Shown here in pieces: positions 52,036 through 61,443 of a DNA stretch of 64,000 bases. Each line of letters opens with the position of its first letter. The first letter of the stretch is position 1. Location: contig OY761611.1 of the NCBI GenBank assembly GCA_963664875.1, forward strand, positions 864,001 through 928,000. Reading direction: 5' to 3'. Origin of the DNA: Candidatus Kapaibacterium sp. GTDB taxonomy: Bacteria; Bacteroidota; Ignavibacteria; Kapaibacteriales; UBA2268. The notes beneath the pieces are model-generated. The model made no database searches and was not told the origin of the DNA. It saw only the letters and a program-made list of their open reading frames with translations. The position numbers and the translations under genes were made by a program.

Positions 52036-55000
52036 TCAGATAGAAGGAAAGATTACAGTAACTGCAGTGCCTTTATTTATTTGACTTTTCAGAGAAATAT
52101 TACCACCCATAGCATCGACAAATTTTTTGACAAGACGCAGACCAAGCCCTGTCCCTGCTTTAAGACCAATATCTCGCTTGCTTTTATAAAAAGGAGTAAA
52201 GATATATTTCAAGTCCTCTTCAGCTAACCCAATGCCATTATCTATAATCTCAATTTGGAATGTGTTTTCAGGATATGTAATCACAACCTCAATAGTAGAA
52301 TTCTCCGGTGAAAATTTCATAGCATTGACCAAAATATGAGTGATGATTTGTCGGAACAGATTCAAATCTATCATCGTGCTGAAAAGTTCTCTATCCGAAA
52401 TAAGTTTGATTGTATGATTGGTTTTATCTAAGATTTTCACTTCTTTGACGAGTCTATCCAGATAATCTACAATATTGACTGTTCTTTTAAACACCATAAC
52501 TTCGGAATTTTCAGCTTTTACAAAGTTCATAACATCATCTACGAGATGATTTAGAATATTAACAGCAGAGTTGATTTTTCGAATGAAATCATTAGCCTTT
52601 TCGCTGTCGTTGGATTGTATTAATTTTTCTAATACTGCTGCTGATGAGCTGATATAAGTAAGTGGAGTCTTATATTCATGAGAAATCATATTGATAAATC
52701 TGCTCTGCAAATCAGTGTATTCTTCTTTTTTTATAAGAGTTGCTTCTATTTTTTCTTTTGCTTCGTTTAGTTCTTTGGTTCTGTCTGAAACTCTTTTTTC
52801 CAAATCAATATTGATTCTTGCAAGCTCATCTTTCGCTTTTTTCTGATAAGATACATCTTCGAGGAAACATATAATTTTGTTGATTTCTCCGGCAAGATTT
52901 TTTGTCGGATACATTTTGATATTCATAACTTTACCAATTCCGCGAGTGCCGATCTTTGGTGCAAAATTGACCTCATACCAGTTTCTTGTTTGCGATTCAA
53001 TAAAAACATCGTCTATGTTGATATCTAAAGATTTTAACTTTTCTGTTTCCAGATAAATATTGTATTCACTTTCTGCGATATAATTTTTTTCAAACCCATA
53101 AAGAGCACAACTTGCCTGATTTACATCAATCAATCTGCCACCGGTTTCGAAAATAAGTACCGGCACCGGAGCTTTATCGAATAAATCTTTAAACTGTGCC
53201 TCGCTATCCAAGAGCTTTTGTTCCCAGTGTTTTCTTTCGGTAATGTCTTCAAAAATGCTCCAGCATTGCTTGACAGAACCATTTTGATTGAATTGAGGAA
53301 TCACTGAAATCAGAAGCCAAAGCTCGGAGGAATGTATCTCACTCCTAACCATAATTTCTTGATTATAAATAGGCATTTTCTGCTTTATTGAATTTAGTAC
53401 AAGAGCACTCTCACCTTCAATGAGATTCCCGTTTGCATCGTACGTCAGCCAATCATGTTGTGAATTATCAATATTGAAAAAATTTCTGTCAATAGAAAAT
53501 ATTTTTGCTGCTGCCGGATTCAAATCCAATACTTTTCCATTTTTGTCATGGAATGTAACACCTTGCGTCATAGACTCAAACAGCAGACTAAATTTGTCTT
53601 CTGTTTCTTTGATTAGTTCGTCTCTAACTATCCTTTCGCTTATATCACGGATATTAATCAAAAAATAGCTTTCTTCGGATATTATCATCTTTTGGACTAT
53701 AAGCTCTGCAGGAAAGAACTTATGGTTGAAATTATCGTGTACATTGATCACTTTCACAAGCAAATCATCATTGGTCATATCTTTGATGTGTTCCCAAAGA
53801 TTGATTTGCAAATCTTTTAAATGATAAAAATCTCGAACTTCAGCATTGTGATTTCTATTTATCAGATGCTTCATTTTGTAGTTATAATGTACTATTCTTC
53901 CTGTGTTGTCAAGAAGTGCGACTGCGTCAGAAATAGAATCGAAAATAGTTTCAAATTTCTTTTCCATTATTCTGAATACTTCTTCTTCTTTCCTATGTTC
54001 CGTTACATCAATGCCTACGGAAAAAACAGTAAATTCGTCATATAGAGTAGTATTTATATCATTTTTCCAAATAATTACTCTTTCTTCTCCCGATTTGGTG
54101 ATTATAGAATTCTCAAAGTAGTCTTGATTTATATTTCGTTCTTTTGCTTTTTGAAAAACTTTATTAACTTCGGGAAATTTATCAGCCGGTACCACTTTTT
54201 CAAACCAGTTTTGGTTCATGATTTCACTTTTTTTGTAACCGGTAACTCTTTCCGCTGCATTATTGAATAGAATCACATTTGCGTTACTGTCAAGTCCGAG
54301 CAAAATAATATTGGCATCATTTATCAAATAATCCAGGTATTGCTGCATATCTGTAGAGTTTTGCAATCCTTTATTTGGCTCTAATTCTCTTAATCCAATA
54401 ATTATATTATCATATTTCTTGCTTATATCAAGCAATCCGGCGGTATAGATTTGATAGGTCTTGCCATTGATGTAGTTGTCAAACACTTTATCTTTCAGAG
54501 TGCTTATAGAAAAGTAAGAGCTTGCTTTATGCGATGCGAGCCATGGGTAAAGCTCATACAGCTTTTTGCCAATAAATATCTCGCGAGCATCTTTCAGCAT
54601 TTGTATATCTATAAGTGACTCTAATTCTTCAATTTGATTTGGAGCGTAATAATTGCCTCCCGGTATTGCATCAGGGTTTATCACCTTTGCAGCAGCATGA
54701 TTTAGATTTTGAACAACCCCTTTGCTATCTACAAGAATGATTGCATCTGTTACACTCTCAAAAACAGTAAGGTATTTGTTCTTTTCGTTTGTAAGTTTTC
54801 TGTTTTTTTGCCTTAGTTCTTCAATCAAATCATCTTGAGGAGTTTCTGACCATTTTTTGACATAAGCAATTTCTATGCGGTCAAAGCATCTTTCTACAAA
54901 TAATCTCTCTTTTTCAAGGAACTGAGGCATAGAAACACTTTTGAAGAGAATCAAATCAAGGTAGGATTGTTTATAGTATTTAGTAAGAGCCAAAAACATT

Positions 55001-55278
55001 CCGATTGGAATGCCCCTCTCTCTGTGCTTGATGGCTTCTATTATTGCAAATTGAGAGATAGGATCTTCCATATAGTCATCATCCGGATCTAATTCGGGAA
55101 CATCTCCATATTCATCGATTCCATTTGCAATTGATTCGCTCAATCCACTTATAGAGAGCCTCCATGCTTCTTCTAATGTAGATGTGTATTTGGTAAAATT
55201 GTGCTCTAAAGCGTACTTCAGCACTCGTTTTACTAACCAGTTTTCATTAGATAGAATAAGATTTTTGAGCTCTTGCAT
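52036..55278 (-). CDS. Cytoplasmic multi-PAS sensor histidine kinase with N-terminal helical domain
   Basis: About 5 PAS repeats (N.AA motifs, D[IV][ST]E ends), ISHEYKTPL, NAMKFS, DNGIG, GTGLGL; no TM segment. Confidence 0.92.
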   Translation of the reverse strand: MQELKNLILSNENWLVKRVLKYALEHNFTKYTSTLEEAWRLSISGLSESIANGIDEYGDVPELDPDDDYMEDPISQFAIIEAIKHRERGIPIGMFLALTKYYKQSYLDLILFKSVSMPQFLEKERLFVERCFDRIEIAYVKKWSETPQDDLIEELRQKNRKLTNEKNKYLTVFESVTDAIILVDSKGVVQNLNHAAAKVINPDAIPGGNYYAPNQIEELESLIDIQMLKDAREIFIGKKLYELYPWLASHKASSYFSISTLKDKVFDNYINGKTYQIYTAGLLDISKKYDNIIIGLRELEPNKGLQNSTDMQQYLDYLINDANIILLGLDSNANVILFNNAAERVTGYKKSEIMNQNWFEKVVPADKFPEVNKVFQKAKERNINQDYFENSIITKSGEERVIIWKNDINTTLYDEFTVFSVGIDVTEHRKEEEVFRIMEKKFETIFDSISDAVALLDNTGRIVHYNYKMKHLINRNHNAEVRDFYHLKDLQINLWEHIKDMTNDDLLVKVINVHDNFNHKFFPAELIVQKMIISEESYFLINIRDISERIVRDELIKETEDKFSLLFESMTQGVTFHDKNGKVLDLNPAAAKIFSIDRNFFNIDNSQHDWLTYDANGNLIEGESALVLNSIKQKMPIYNQEIMVRSEIHSSELWLLISVIPQFNQNGSVKQCWSIFEDITERKHWEQKLLDSEAQFKDLFDKAPVPVLIFETGGRLIDVNQASCALYGFEKNYIAESEYNIYLETEKLKSLDINIDDVFIESQTRNWYEVNFAPKIGTRGIGKVMNIKMYPTKNLAGEINKIICFLEDVSYQKKAKDELARINIDLEKRVSDRTKELNEAKEKIEATLIKKEEYTDLQSRFINMISHEYKTPLTYISSSAAVLEKLIQSNDSEKANDFIRKINSAVNILNHLVDDVMNFVKAENSEVMVFKRTVNIVDYLDRLVKEVKILDKTNHTIKLISDRELFSTMIDLNLFRQIITHILVNAMKFSPENSTIEVVITYPENTFQIEIIDNGIGLAEEDLKYIFTPFYKSKRDIGLKAGTGLGLRLVKKFVDAMGGNISLKSQINKGTAVTVIFPSI

Positions 55279-55436
55279 TTTCTATTTCTCAATTTTACTA
55301 ATATGTAAATATATACATAATTTATTTGATTATCAAATTATAATATATACTATTAAAGACCTTTTTCTGTAAAATATATTTGCTATTTTTGTATATATTA
55401 TTATTTGGATATGTTTTGAAGTAAGGAGAACAAGTT

Positions 55437-55889
55437 ATGGCTTTAGATAAAATTATAATGGACGAATTAAAAGCTTCTATGAAAAGCGGCAATCAGCTTA
55501 GAACAGATACTCTCCGCTCGCTTAGAGCATCGCTTTTAGAATATGCTAAATCCGGTGCTAAAACGGAAATGACAGAAGCTGATGAAATCAAACTATTGAA
55601 CTCTGCTGCAAAAAAAAGAAAAGATGCTATCGAAATGTACAAAAACGCGGGCAGAGATGAGCTTGCTGAAAAAGAAGAACTTGAGTTAGCTATCATCTTA
55701 GAATTTTTGCCAAAGCAGCTTAGCGATGATGAAATTTCCGATATTATCAAAAATATCATATCGCAGGTATCTGCAACCGGACCTTCTGATATGGGTAAAG
55801 TCATGGGACCTTCCATGAAAGAACTTGCCGGAAAAGCGGATGGAAATAAAGTAAAAACTATTGTTCAAAATTTACTGAGTTCCCTATAA
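55437..55889 (+). CDS. GatB/YqeY domain protein
   Basis: KKRKDAIEMY..GRDELA, FLPKQLS, DMGKVMG, GKADG. Confidence 0.93.
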   Translation: MALDKIIMDELKASMKSGNQLRTDTLRSLRASLLEYAKSGAKTEMTEADEIKLLNSAAKKRKDAIEMYKNAGRDELAEKEELELAIILEFLPKQLSDDEISDIIKNIISQVSATGPSDMGKVMGPSMKELAGKADGNKVKTIVQNLLSSL

Positions 55890-58258
55890 TGCGTCAAGCT
55901 AAAAAACTGACTGAAAAAGAACTTTCAAATTTATCTTTAAAAGAATTAGAATTCCCTAAATTGCTCGAAATAATCGGGAAATTTACTTTCTCTTCGCAGG
56001 GCAAAGAGATTATCTTATCCTTAGAACCATCTGAGGACAGACTGTTTATTTCCGAAGAGCATAACTTAATCGAAGAAATGACTAATCTGCACGTTGCAGA
56101 TGACACTATCCCTTTCGAATCTATAAGCGATATAAGGGATTTATTGCATAAATCCATGATTGAAAATGCTGTACTTTCTTCCACTGAAATACTAAGTGTC
56201 TTTGACATTATTCGCTCTTCGCGTTTAGTCAAATCATATTTCGATTTCAGAAGAGAAAAATATCCAAAATTACATAATCTTTCGAATGAGCTTTTCGCTG
56301 ACAAACTAATTGAAAAGCATATCACGGATTGCATCGAAGATAGTGGCGAAATAAAAGACACCGCAACCCGCGAACTTGCTCATATTCGCAAAAGTATCAA
56401 CGAAAAATCTAACCGTTTACGTACTCGTCTCCAAAAAATTCTCAGGAAGGTTTCGGAAGACGATATGGTACAGGAAGATTTTGTTACTATGCGAGAAGGC
56501 AGATATGTGCTTCCTATCAAAGCTCACGTCAAAAGGCAGCTACCGGGTATTATTCACGGAGTTTCACAAACCGGCTCGACTGTGTTTTTGGAACCTTCCG
56601 AAATAATTGAAATGAACAACGAGCTCAACCTGCTTATCAATGAGGAACAAAGAGAAATTTATAAAATACTCCAAAACCTCACTAAGGAAATAAGTACAGA
56701 AGCTCTATCTATAATGAGAACAACTGAAATCATAGCACATTTTGATTCTATACTTGCAAGAGCAAAATTTGCTCTCGAATATGGTGGAATCAAACCAACT
56801 ATCAGCGATGAAAGATACATCAAACTTCACAAAATTAAACATCCTCTGCTCGTGGTTAGTAAAGGTGCTAAGAATGTTATTCCTTTAAGTATCGAATTTA
56901 CCGAACAGAAACGTGGATTTTTAATTTCAGGACCTAATGCCGGTGGTAAAACAGTAGCTCTGAAAAGCATAGGTCTGAATATTTCTATGGCTCTTGCCGG
57001 CATTTTCCCATTGGGTCTCTGCACTACTGATTTTCGAAGAGTTTATACCTCTATAGGTGACCATCAGTCAATCGAAAATGATTTGAGTACTTTCAGCTCG
57101 CAAATGTATCAGATGAGAGAAATACTTGCCAACTCCGACTCCTCTGCCCTCGCTTTGGTTGACGAAATTGGCTCTGGTACAGATCCTCAGGAAGGCGGTG
57201 CTTTAGCTTCAGGCATATTAGACACTTTCATAGAATTGAATATGTTTTTTATTGCAACTACTCACCAGTCCTCGCTCAAAACTTATGCTTTGAACAAAGA
57301 CGAAATAGAAAATGCTTCTTTGGAATTTAACGAAGACAAATTGCAACCAACATACAAATTCCTTTCAGGCATTCCCGGAAACAGCTATGCGTTCTTCCTT
57401 GCAAAAAGTATAGGAATGTCTGACTTGGTAATTAAAAGAGCAAAATCTTATCTGGGTTCTAAGCAAAAGGAACTTGAGGAAAGTATATCCGTTCTCCAAA
57501 AGTTTAGGACTGAAGCTATAAAGGCAAAAGCTGAAGCTGAGAAACTGAAATTGAAGGCAAAGGAAAAAGAGCAAAAGTTTGCTACTAAAATGGATGATAT
57601 TAACGCCAAACGCGATGTAATCATCAAACAGGCAAAACAGGAAGCTCTTGATATTGTCAAAAATGCTAATGCTCTGATTGAAAACACTATAAAAGAAATA
57701 AAAGAAGAAAAGAAAGCAATCAAAGAAATAAAAACAAATTTCGAAGACAGCAAACAGAAATTGGAAAAACAGGTTAGTCGCCTTCAGGTTAGCGAATCTT
57801 CTGACAAAGCGGCTCCTGCTTCTCTCAAGGAAGGCGATTTTGTTAGTTTAGAATCAGGAAATGAAGGGATAGTGCTTGAAGCAGATGATAAAGACAAAAT
57901 TGCTTTGGTTGAAATCAACGGACTAAAATTCCGCTTGCCTTACAAGCAGTTAAGCAAAATTGCGAAACTCAAACCCGAAAAGAAATCTTCTGATTTTACT
58001 AATAACTTCAGATTTGATGCTCCTACCCAAATCGATGTCAGAGGCATGAGAGCAGAAATGGCTGTTAGAAAAGTAGATGAAGCTATCTCAGACGCTCTTA
58101 TGTCTAATGTTCATCAGCTGACAATAGTGCATGGCAAAGGTACAGGTGCATTGAAAGAACAGATACATGAAATGCTTAATTACCACCACTCCATTTCTTC
58201 ATTCAGATTGGGAGATTTGGTCGAAGGCGGTGCGGGAGTAACTATAATTGAGCTATAA
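55889..58258 (+). CDS. mutS2: Endonuclease MutS2
   Basis: ISGPNAGGKT, QSIENDLSTFS, DEIGSGTDP, coiled coil, Smr domain IVHGKGTGAL. Confidence 0.95.
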   Translation: MRQAKKLTEKELSNLSLKELEFPKLLEIIGKFTFSSQGKEIILSLEPSEDRLFISEEHNLIEEMTNLHVADDTIPFESISDIRDLLHKSMIENAVLSSTEILSVFDIIRSSRLVKSYFDFRREKYPKLHNLSNELFADKLIEKHITDCIEDSGEIKDTATRELAHIRKSINEKSNRLRTRLQKILRKVSEDDMVQEDFVTMREGRYVLPIKAHVKRQLPGIIHGVSQTGSTVFLEPSEIIEMNNELNLLINEEQREIYKILQNLTKEISTEALSIMRTTEIIAHFDSILARAKFALEYGGIKPTISDERYIKLHKIKHPLLVVSKGAKNVIPLSIEFTEQKRGFLISGPNAGGKTVALKSIGLNISMALAGIFPLGLCTTDFRRVYTSIGDHQSIENDLSTFSSQMYQMREILANSDSSALALVDEIGSGTDPQEGGALASGILDTFIELNMFFIATTHQSSLKTYALNKDEIENASLEFNEDKLQPTYKFLSGIPGNSYAFFLAKSIGMSDLVIKRAKSYLGSKQKELEESISVLQKFRTEAIKAKAEAEKLKLKAKEKEQKFATKMDDINAKRDVIIKQAKQEALDIVKNANALIENTIKEIKEEKKAIKEIKTNFEDSKQKLEKQVSRLQVSESSDKAAPASLKEGDFVSLESGNEGIVLEADDKDKIALVEINGLKFRLPYKQLSKIAKLKPEKKSSDFTNNFRFDAPTQIDVRGMRAEMAVRKVDEAISDALMSNVHQLTIVHGKGTGALKEQIHEMLNYHHSISSFRLGDLVEGGAGVTIIEL

Positions 58259-59278
58259 CAAATCCAATAGCTTGTTATAAACCTCGAGCGAGCTGATTTC
58301 TGACATACATTTGAAATGCCCTTTGGGGCATTTTTTTTTGCCTATATGAGTGCATGGGCGGCAAGTTAATTGCGTATTTTCCATTATTGAATGTTTTGCA
58401 TTATAGGGACTAAAGCCCAGAGCCGGAACAGTGCTGCCAAATATTGCTACAATAGGCACTTCGGTACAAGAAGCAATGTGCATCACACCTGTGTCGTTGG
58501 TAACGATTGCTAAGCATTGTCTTATCAACTCAAATGTATGAATAATAGATGTCGAGCCTGAACAATCAATAATTTCAGCTTCCGAGTCTGATTTGATTTT
58601 AGCACATATTTCAGTATCTGCCGGTCCGCCTAAGAGCATTATTGCATATTTATCTTTCAGTAAATCGGACAATTCTACAAATCTTTCCGGAAGCCACTGT
58701 TTTGTGTAGTGCTGTGCTGCGGGAGCAAACGCTATGAGTTCTTTTGAGTTTTGAGTCATAGACTCATGCCGAGTGGCAGTGAATATTTCACATGCCTTGC
58801 CATCTTCTGCTACTCCATATTCCTTTGCAGTTGCAAAGTAATTTTTTACAACATGAAAATCTTTATTCAGACGAGATTTTTTCAGATATACTAAAGATAG
58901 TTTATGAAGCCTGTTTTTTGCAATCTTTCTGATTTGATTGCCTACTCCGGAAATCCATGCTCTACTTCTGTTGTTATTTTGTAAATCAAAAACAATATCA
59001 TAATGCTTAATATTATTGGCATGTAGGTATTCATCTCTTTCCGAGATAATATTTTTTTTAGATAATGCTCTGTCATATAAAATTAGATTATCAATATTTG
59101 TATTATATTCGTATATTTCTTTGAAAGACTTATTCAATAAGAAATCAATTCTTGCGTTTGGGAACTGTTTCCTTAGTGCTCTTACAAAAGGAGTAGTCAA
59201 AACAATATCGCCCATAGAAGATAGGCGAACTACAAGAATATTCTTTTGGGTGTCATTTTTGGAAAGCTTAAGCGACAT
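58253..59278 (-). CDS. GT9 ADP-heptose:LPS heptosyltransferase
   Basis: ILVVRLSSMGDIVL, KQW, TNDTGVMHIA, IFGST, CRPC. Confidence 0.92.
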   Translation of the reverse strand: MSLKLSKNDTQKNILVVRLSSMGDIVLTTPFVRALRKQFPNARIDFLLNKSFKEIYEYNTNIDNLILYDRALSKKNIISERDEYLHANNIKHYDIVFDLQNNNRSRAWISGVGNQIRKIAKNRLHKLSLVYLKKSRLNKDFHVVKNYFATAKEYGVAEDGKACEIFTATRHESMTQNSKELIAFAPAAQHYTKQWLPERFVELSDLLKDKYAIMLLGGPADTEICAKIKSDSEAEIIDCSGSTSIIHTFELIRQCLAIVTNDTGVMHIASCTEVPIVAIFGSTVPALGFSPYNAKHSIMENTQLTCRPCTHIGKKKCPKGHFKCMSEISSLEVYNKLLDLL

Positions 59279-59320
59279 ACGAATACAAATATATTTTATA
59301 AACAATCGATAAATAAGATT

Positions 59321-59707
59321 ATGCAATTTACAATTGATAATAGGGATAATATAGTAATTTTCTCCCTAAAAAATACTACAGTCGAAAGCAAAGTTGCCTC
59401 AGAATTTAAAGCTAAATTGCTCATATTGGCTCAGCCTGATATTGACGCACTTATTTTAGATTTGACTAATGTGCAAGCTATCGACAGTTCCGGCCTTGGA
59501 GCATTGCTTCTTGCTCACCGCCAACTCAAAGAGCACTCAATTCCTGTTATTTTAGTTGGAGTGCAGGAATTTGTCATGTCGCTGATGAATATGACAAGAA
59601 TAGATGAGTTATTCGAATTTTATGACACTTTGGAAGAAGCTCTCGAAACATTCGAAGACGATGAGTTCTCAGAATTTGGACTTGACGAAGAAGATTTAGA
59701 AATGTAA
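59321..59707 (+). CDS. STAS-domain anti-sigma-factor antagonist
   Basis: LILDLTNVQAIDSSGLGAL phospho-Ser motif; acidic tail. Start likely ATG 59321. Confidence 0.9.
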   Translation: MQFTIDNRDNIVIFSLKNTTVESKVASEFKAKLLILAQPDIDALILDLTNVQAIDSSGLGALLLAHRQLKEHSIPVILVGVQEFVMSLMNMTRIDELFEFYDTLEEALETFEDDEFSEFGLDEEDLEM

Positions 59708-59714
59708 TATTATA

Positions 59715-59751
59715 AAATGCACCCTAGTCAAAAACTTCGGTGCATTCTTTT
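59715..59751 (+). terminator. Probable terminator after the STAS gene
   Basis: AATGCACC...GGTGCATT followed by CTTTT. Confidence 0.55.
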
Positions 59752-59779
59752 AATATACTTGGTCGTGGATTCACTGGTC

Positions 59780-59899
59780 ATGAGCAGTTACCAGGAATTT
59801 GATATTAACATAGATGCCTTATCGTCAGGCTCTTACTTCTACAGTATCATTTCCGGTACAAATAAGCTCAATTCAGGTAAATTTATTATTGTTAAATAA
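59780..59899 (+). pseudogene. Orphan 3' remnant of a T9SS type A C-terminal sorting domain
   Basis: INIDALSSGSYFYSIISGTNKLNSGKFIIVK* matches the CTD consensus (L..G.Y...K..K) but has no cargo domain or signal peptide. The 5' boundary is approximate. Confidence 0.7.
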
Positions 59900-59975
59900 A
59901 TAATATTTACTATTTTATCGCAGGAGAGATATTGTTTCTCTCCTGCTTTATTTTTATAACAAAGGAGATTAAGCT

Positions 59976-61301
59976 TTGAAATATTTTATACTTTGTGTTC
60001 TTTTCTTTGCTACTTTTCAGCTTTCAAATGCAGAAAAGCAGTGGGTCAGGAAGCACTATGAAGCTAATGAAGATGTAATGGCACTAAAAACTATTGATTC
60101 AACAAAAATTATTGCAATCATAGCAGGTGCTGGTGAATCGATGATATATAAGTCCTTTGATTCAGGAAACACTTGGGAAAATACATATCGGTATTATCAT
60201 CCTGCTCATGGTGATTCTTTGGCAATGCTTTCTGTTGGTTCTTTTATCTTAGACTCACTTCACTATTATATTTGTATGTTCCCTCAACCGGTCATAGATG
60301 TTACTTCTGACGGAGGAAATACTTTTCAAAGAATTGAATTCGGAACAATTTCGGCTGATAAAAAGAATTATATTTACGGCTTAAACATGGCAGATAGTTT
60401 AAGAGGATATTTAATAACCCGAACAAACATAATTTTAACACAAGATGGATGGAAATCTTTTGAAGTTTACAATAAGCCATATGAGTATATTGAAACAAAC
60501 AAACCCTCATTTTACATTGATTCGGTCAATGTTGCTATGATAAAGCAAATTGCTGGTAGCAACTTATTTTATAAATTCAACACAATGACTTATGAATGGT
60601 CAAAGTATAGCAACGAAGTCTTCGCAAAAGAAGGCGATTTGCCATATACCATCATAGATATAGAATTTCTTAATGATTCAATAATAATGGGTGCTGGATT
60701 TCAGGGGATAAATGATCCCAATAAAAATATCCATTTTGATTTGATATGGAAAAGTACTGATAAAGGAGTTAACTGGGAAATAGTTTACAAAAAATTGAAA
60801 GATCCGAGATTTGGTTTAGAAGAAGTCCACTTTACTGATAGTTTAAGAGGCATTGCAGGAGGAAGTGGAGCAAAATATATGCTTACTGAAGATGGAGGGT
60901 ATTCTTGGGAGTATGTTACTCTTATGGATTATCTATACGCATCTTCAGGTAATTGTACTTATTGCGGAGATTATCCAATTGCCTGGTTTCTTTCAGGTGG
61001 AGTTTTTCGATACGAAGACGTGACCGGAATCACAGAAGGCATACTAGAGGAAATCAGTATAATACCTTATCAGACAGCAACAGAATACCATATAGAAATC
61101 AATGACCCGAAATCACGAGAATATGAAATCATATTTTCTGATGCAAACGGCAAACAAATACTAACACAAACATTAAACACAGCAATAGCAGCTAACACAA
61201 GTCCAATAGATTTAAACAGCCTAAATTCCGGCACTTACTTTTACATTATTACCTGCAACAATTCACTAATTTCTACAGGTAAGTTTGTAAATGCAAGGTA
61301 G
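59976..61301 (+). CDS. T9SS-secreted Asp-box/YCF48-like beta-propeller protein, copy 1
   Basis: Signal peptide; Asp boxes SFDSGNTW, TSDGGNTF, STDKGVNW, TEDGGYSW; CTD LNSGTYFY..GKFVNAR. Confidence 0.85.
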   Translation: MKYFILCVLFFATFQLSNAEKQWVRKHYEANEDVMALKTIDSTKIIAIIAGAGESMIYKSFDSGNTWENTYRYYHPAHGDSLAMLSVGSFILDSLHYYICMFPQPVIDVTSDGGNTFQRIEFGTISADKKNYIYGLNMADSLRGYLITRTNIILTQDGWKSFEVYNKPYEYIETNKPSFYIDSVNVAMIKQIAGSNLFYKFNTMTYEWSKYSNEVFAKEGDLPYTIIDIEFLNDSIIMGAGFQGINDPNKNIHFDLIWKSTDKGVNWEIVYKKLKDPRFGLEEVHFTDSLRGIAGGSGAKYMLTEDGGYSWEYVTLMDYLYASSGNCTYCGDYPIAWFLSGGVFRYEDVTGITEGILEEISIIPYQTATEYHIEINDPKSREYEIIFSDANGKQILTQTLNTAIAANTSPIDLNSLNSGTYFYIITCNNSLISTGKFVNAR

Positions 61302-61443
61302 CAGAAGATAATTATCATTTCCGGTACAAATAAACTCAATTCAGGTAAATTTATTATTGTTAAATAAATAATATTTACTATTTTATCGCAGGAGAGATAT
61401 TGTTTCTCTCCTGCTTTCTTTTTATAATAATGGAGATTAAGCT

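Noticed and set aside
59890-59960. Integron attC sites between the repeated genes
   Set aside because: GTTAAAT precedes and AAC follows the hairpin, the opposite of RYYYAAC...GTTRRRY. Unit 2 lacks the AAC, the genes are paralogs rather than unrelated cassettes, and there is no intI.
61299-61301. Programmed amber read-through (pyrrolysine or recoded TAG) in copy 1
   Set aside because: TAG acts as a normal stop in other genes here (for example 11113 and the tolC and macB ends), and no pyl genes are seen; a point substitution is simpler.
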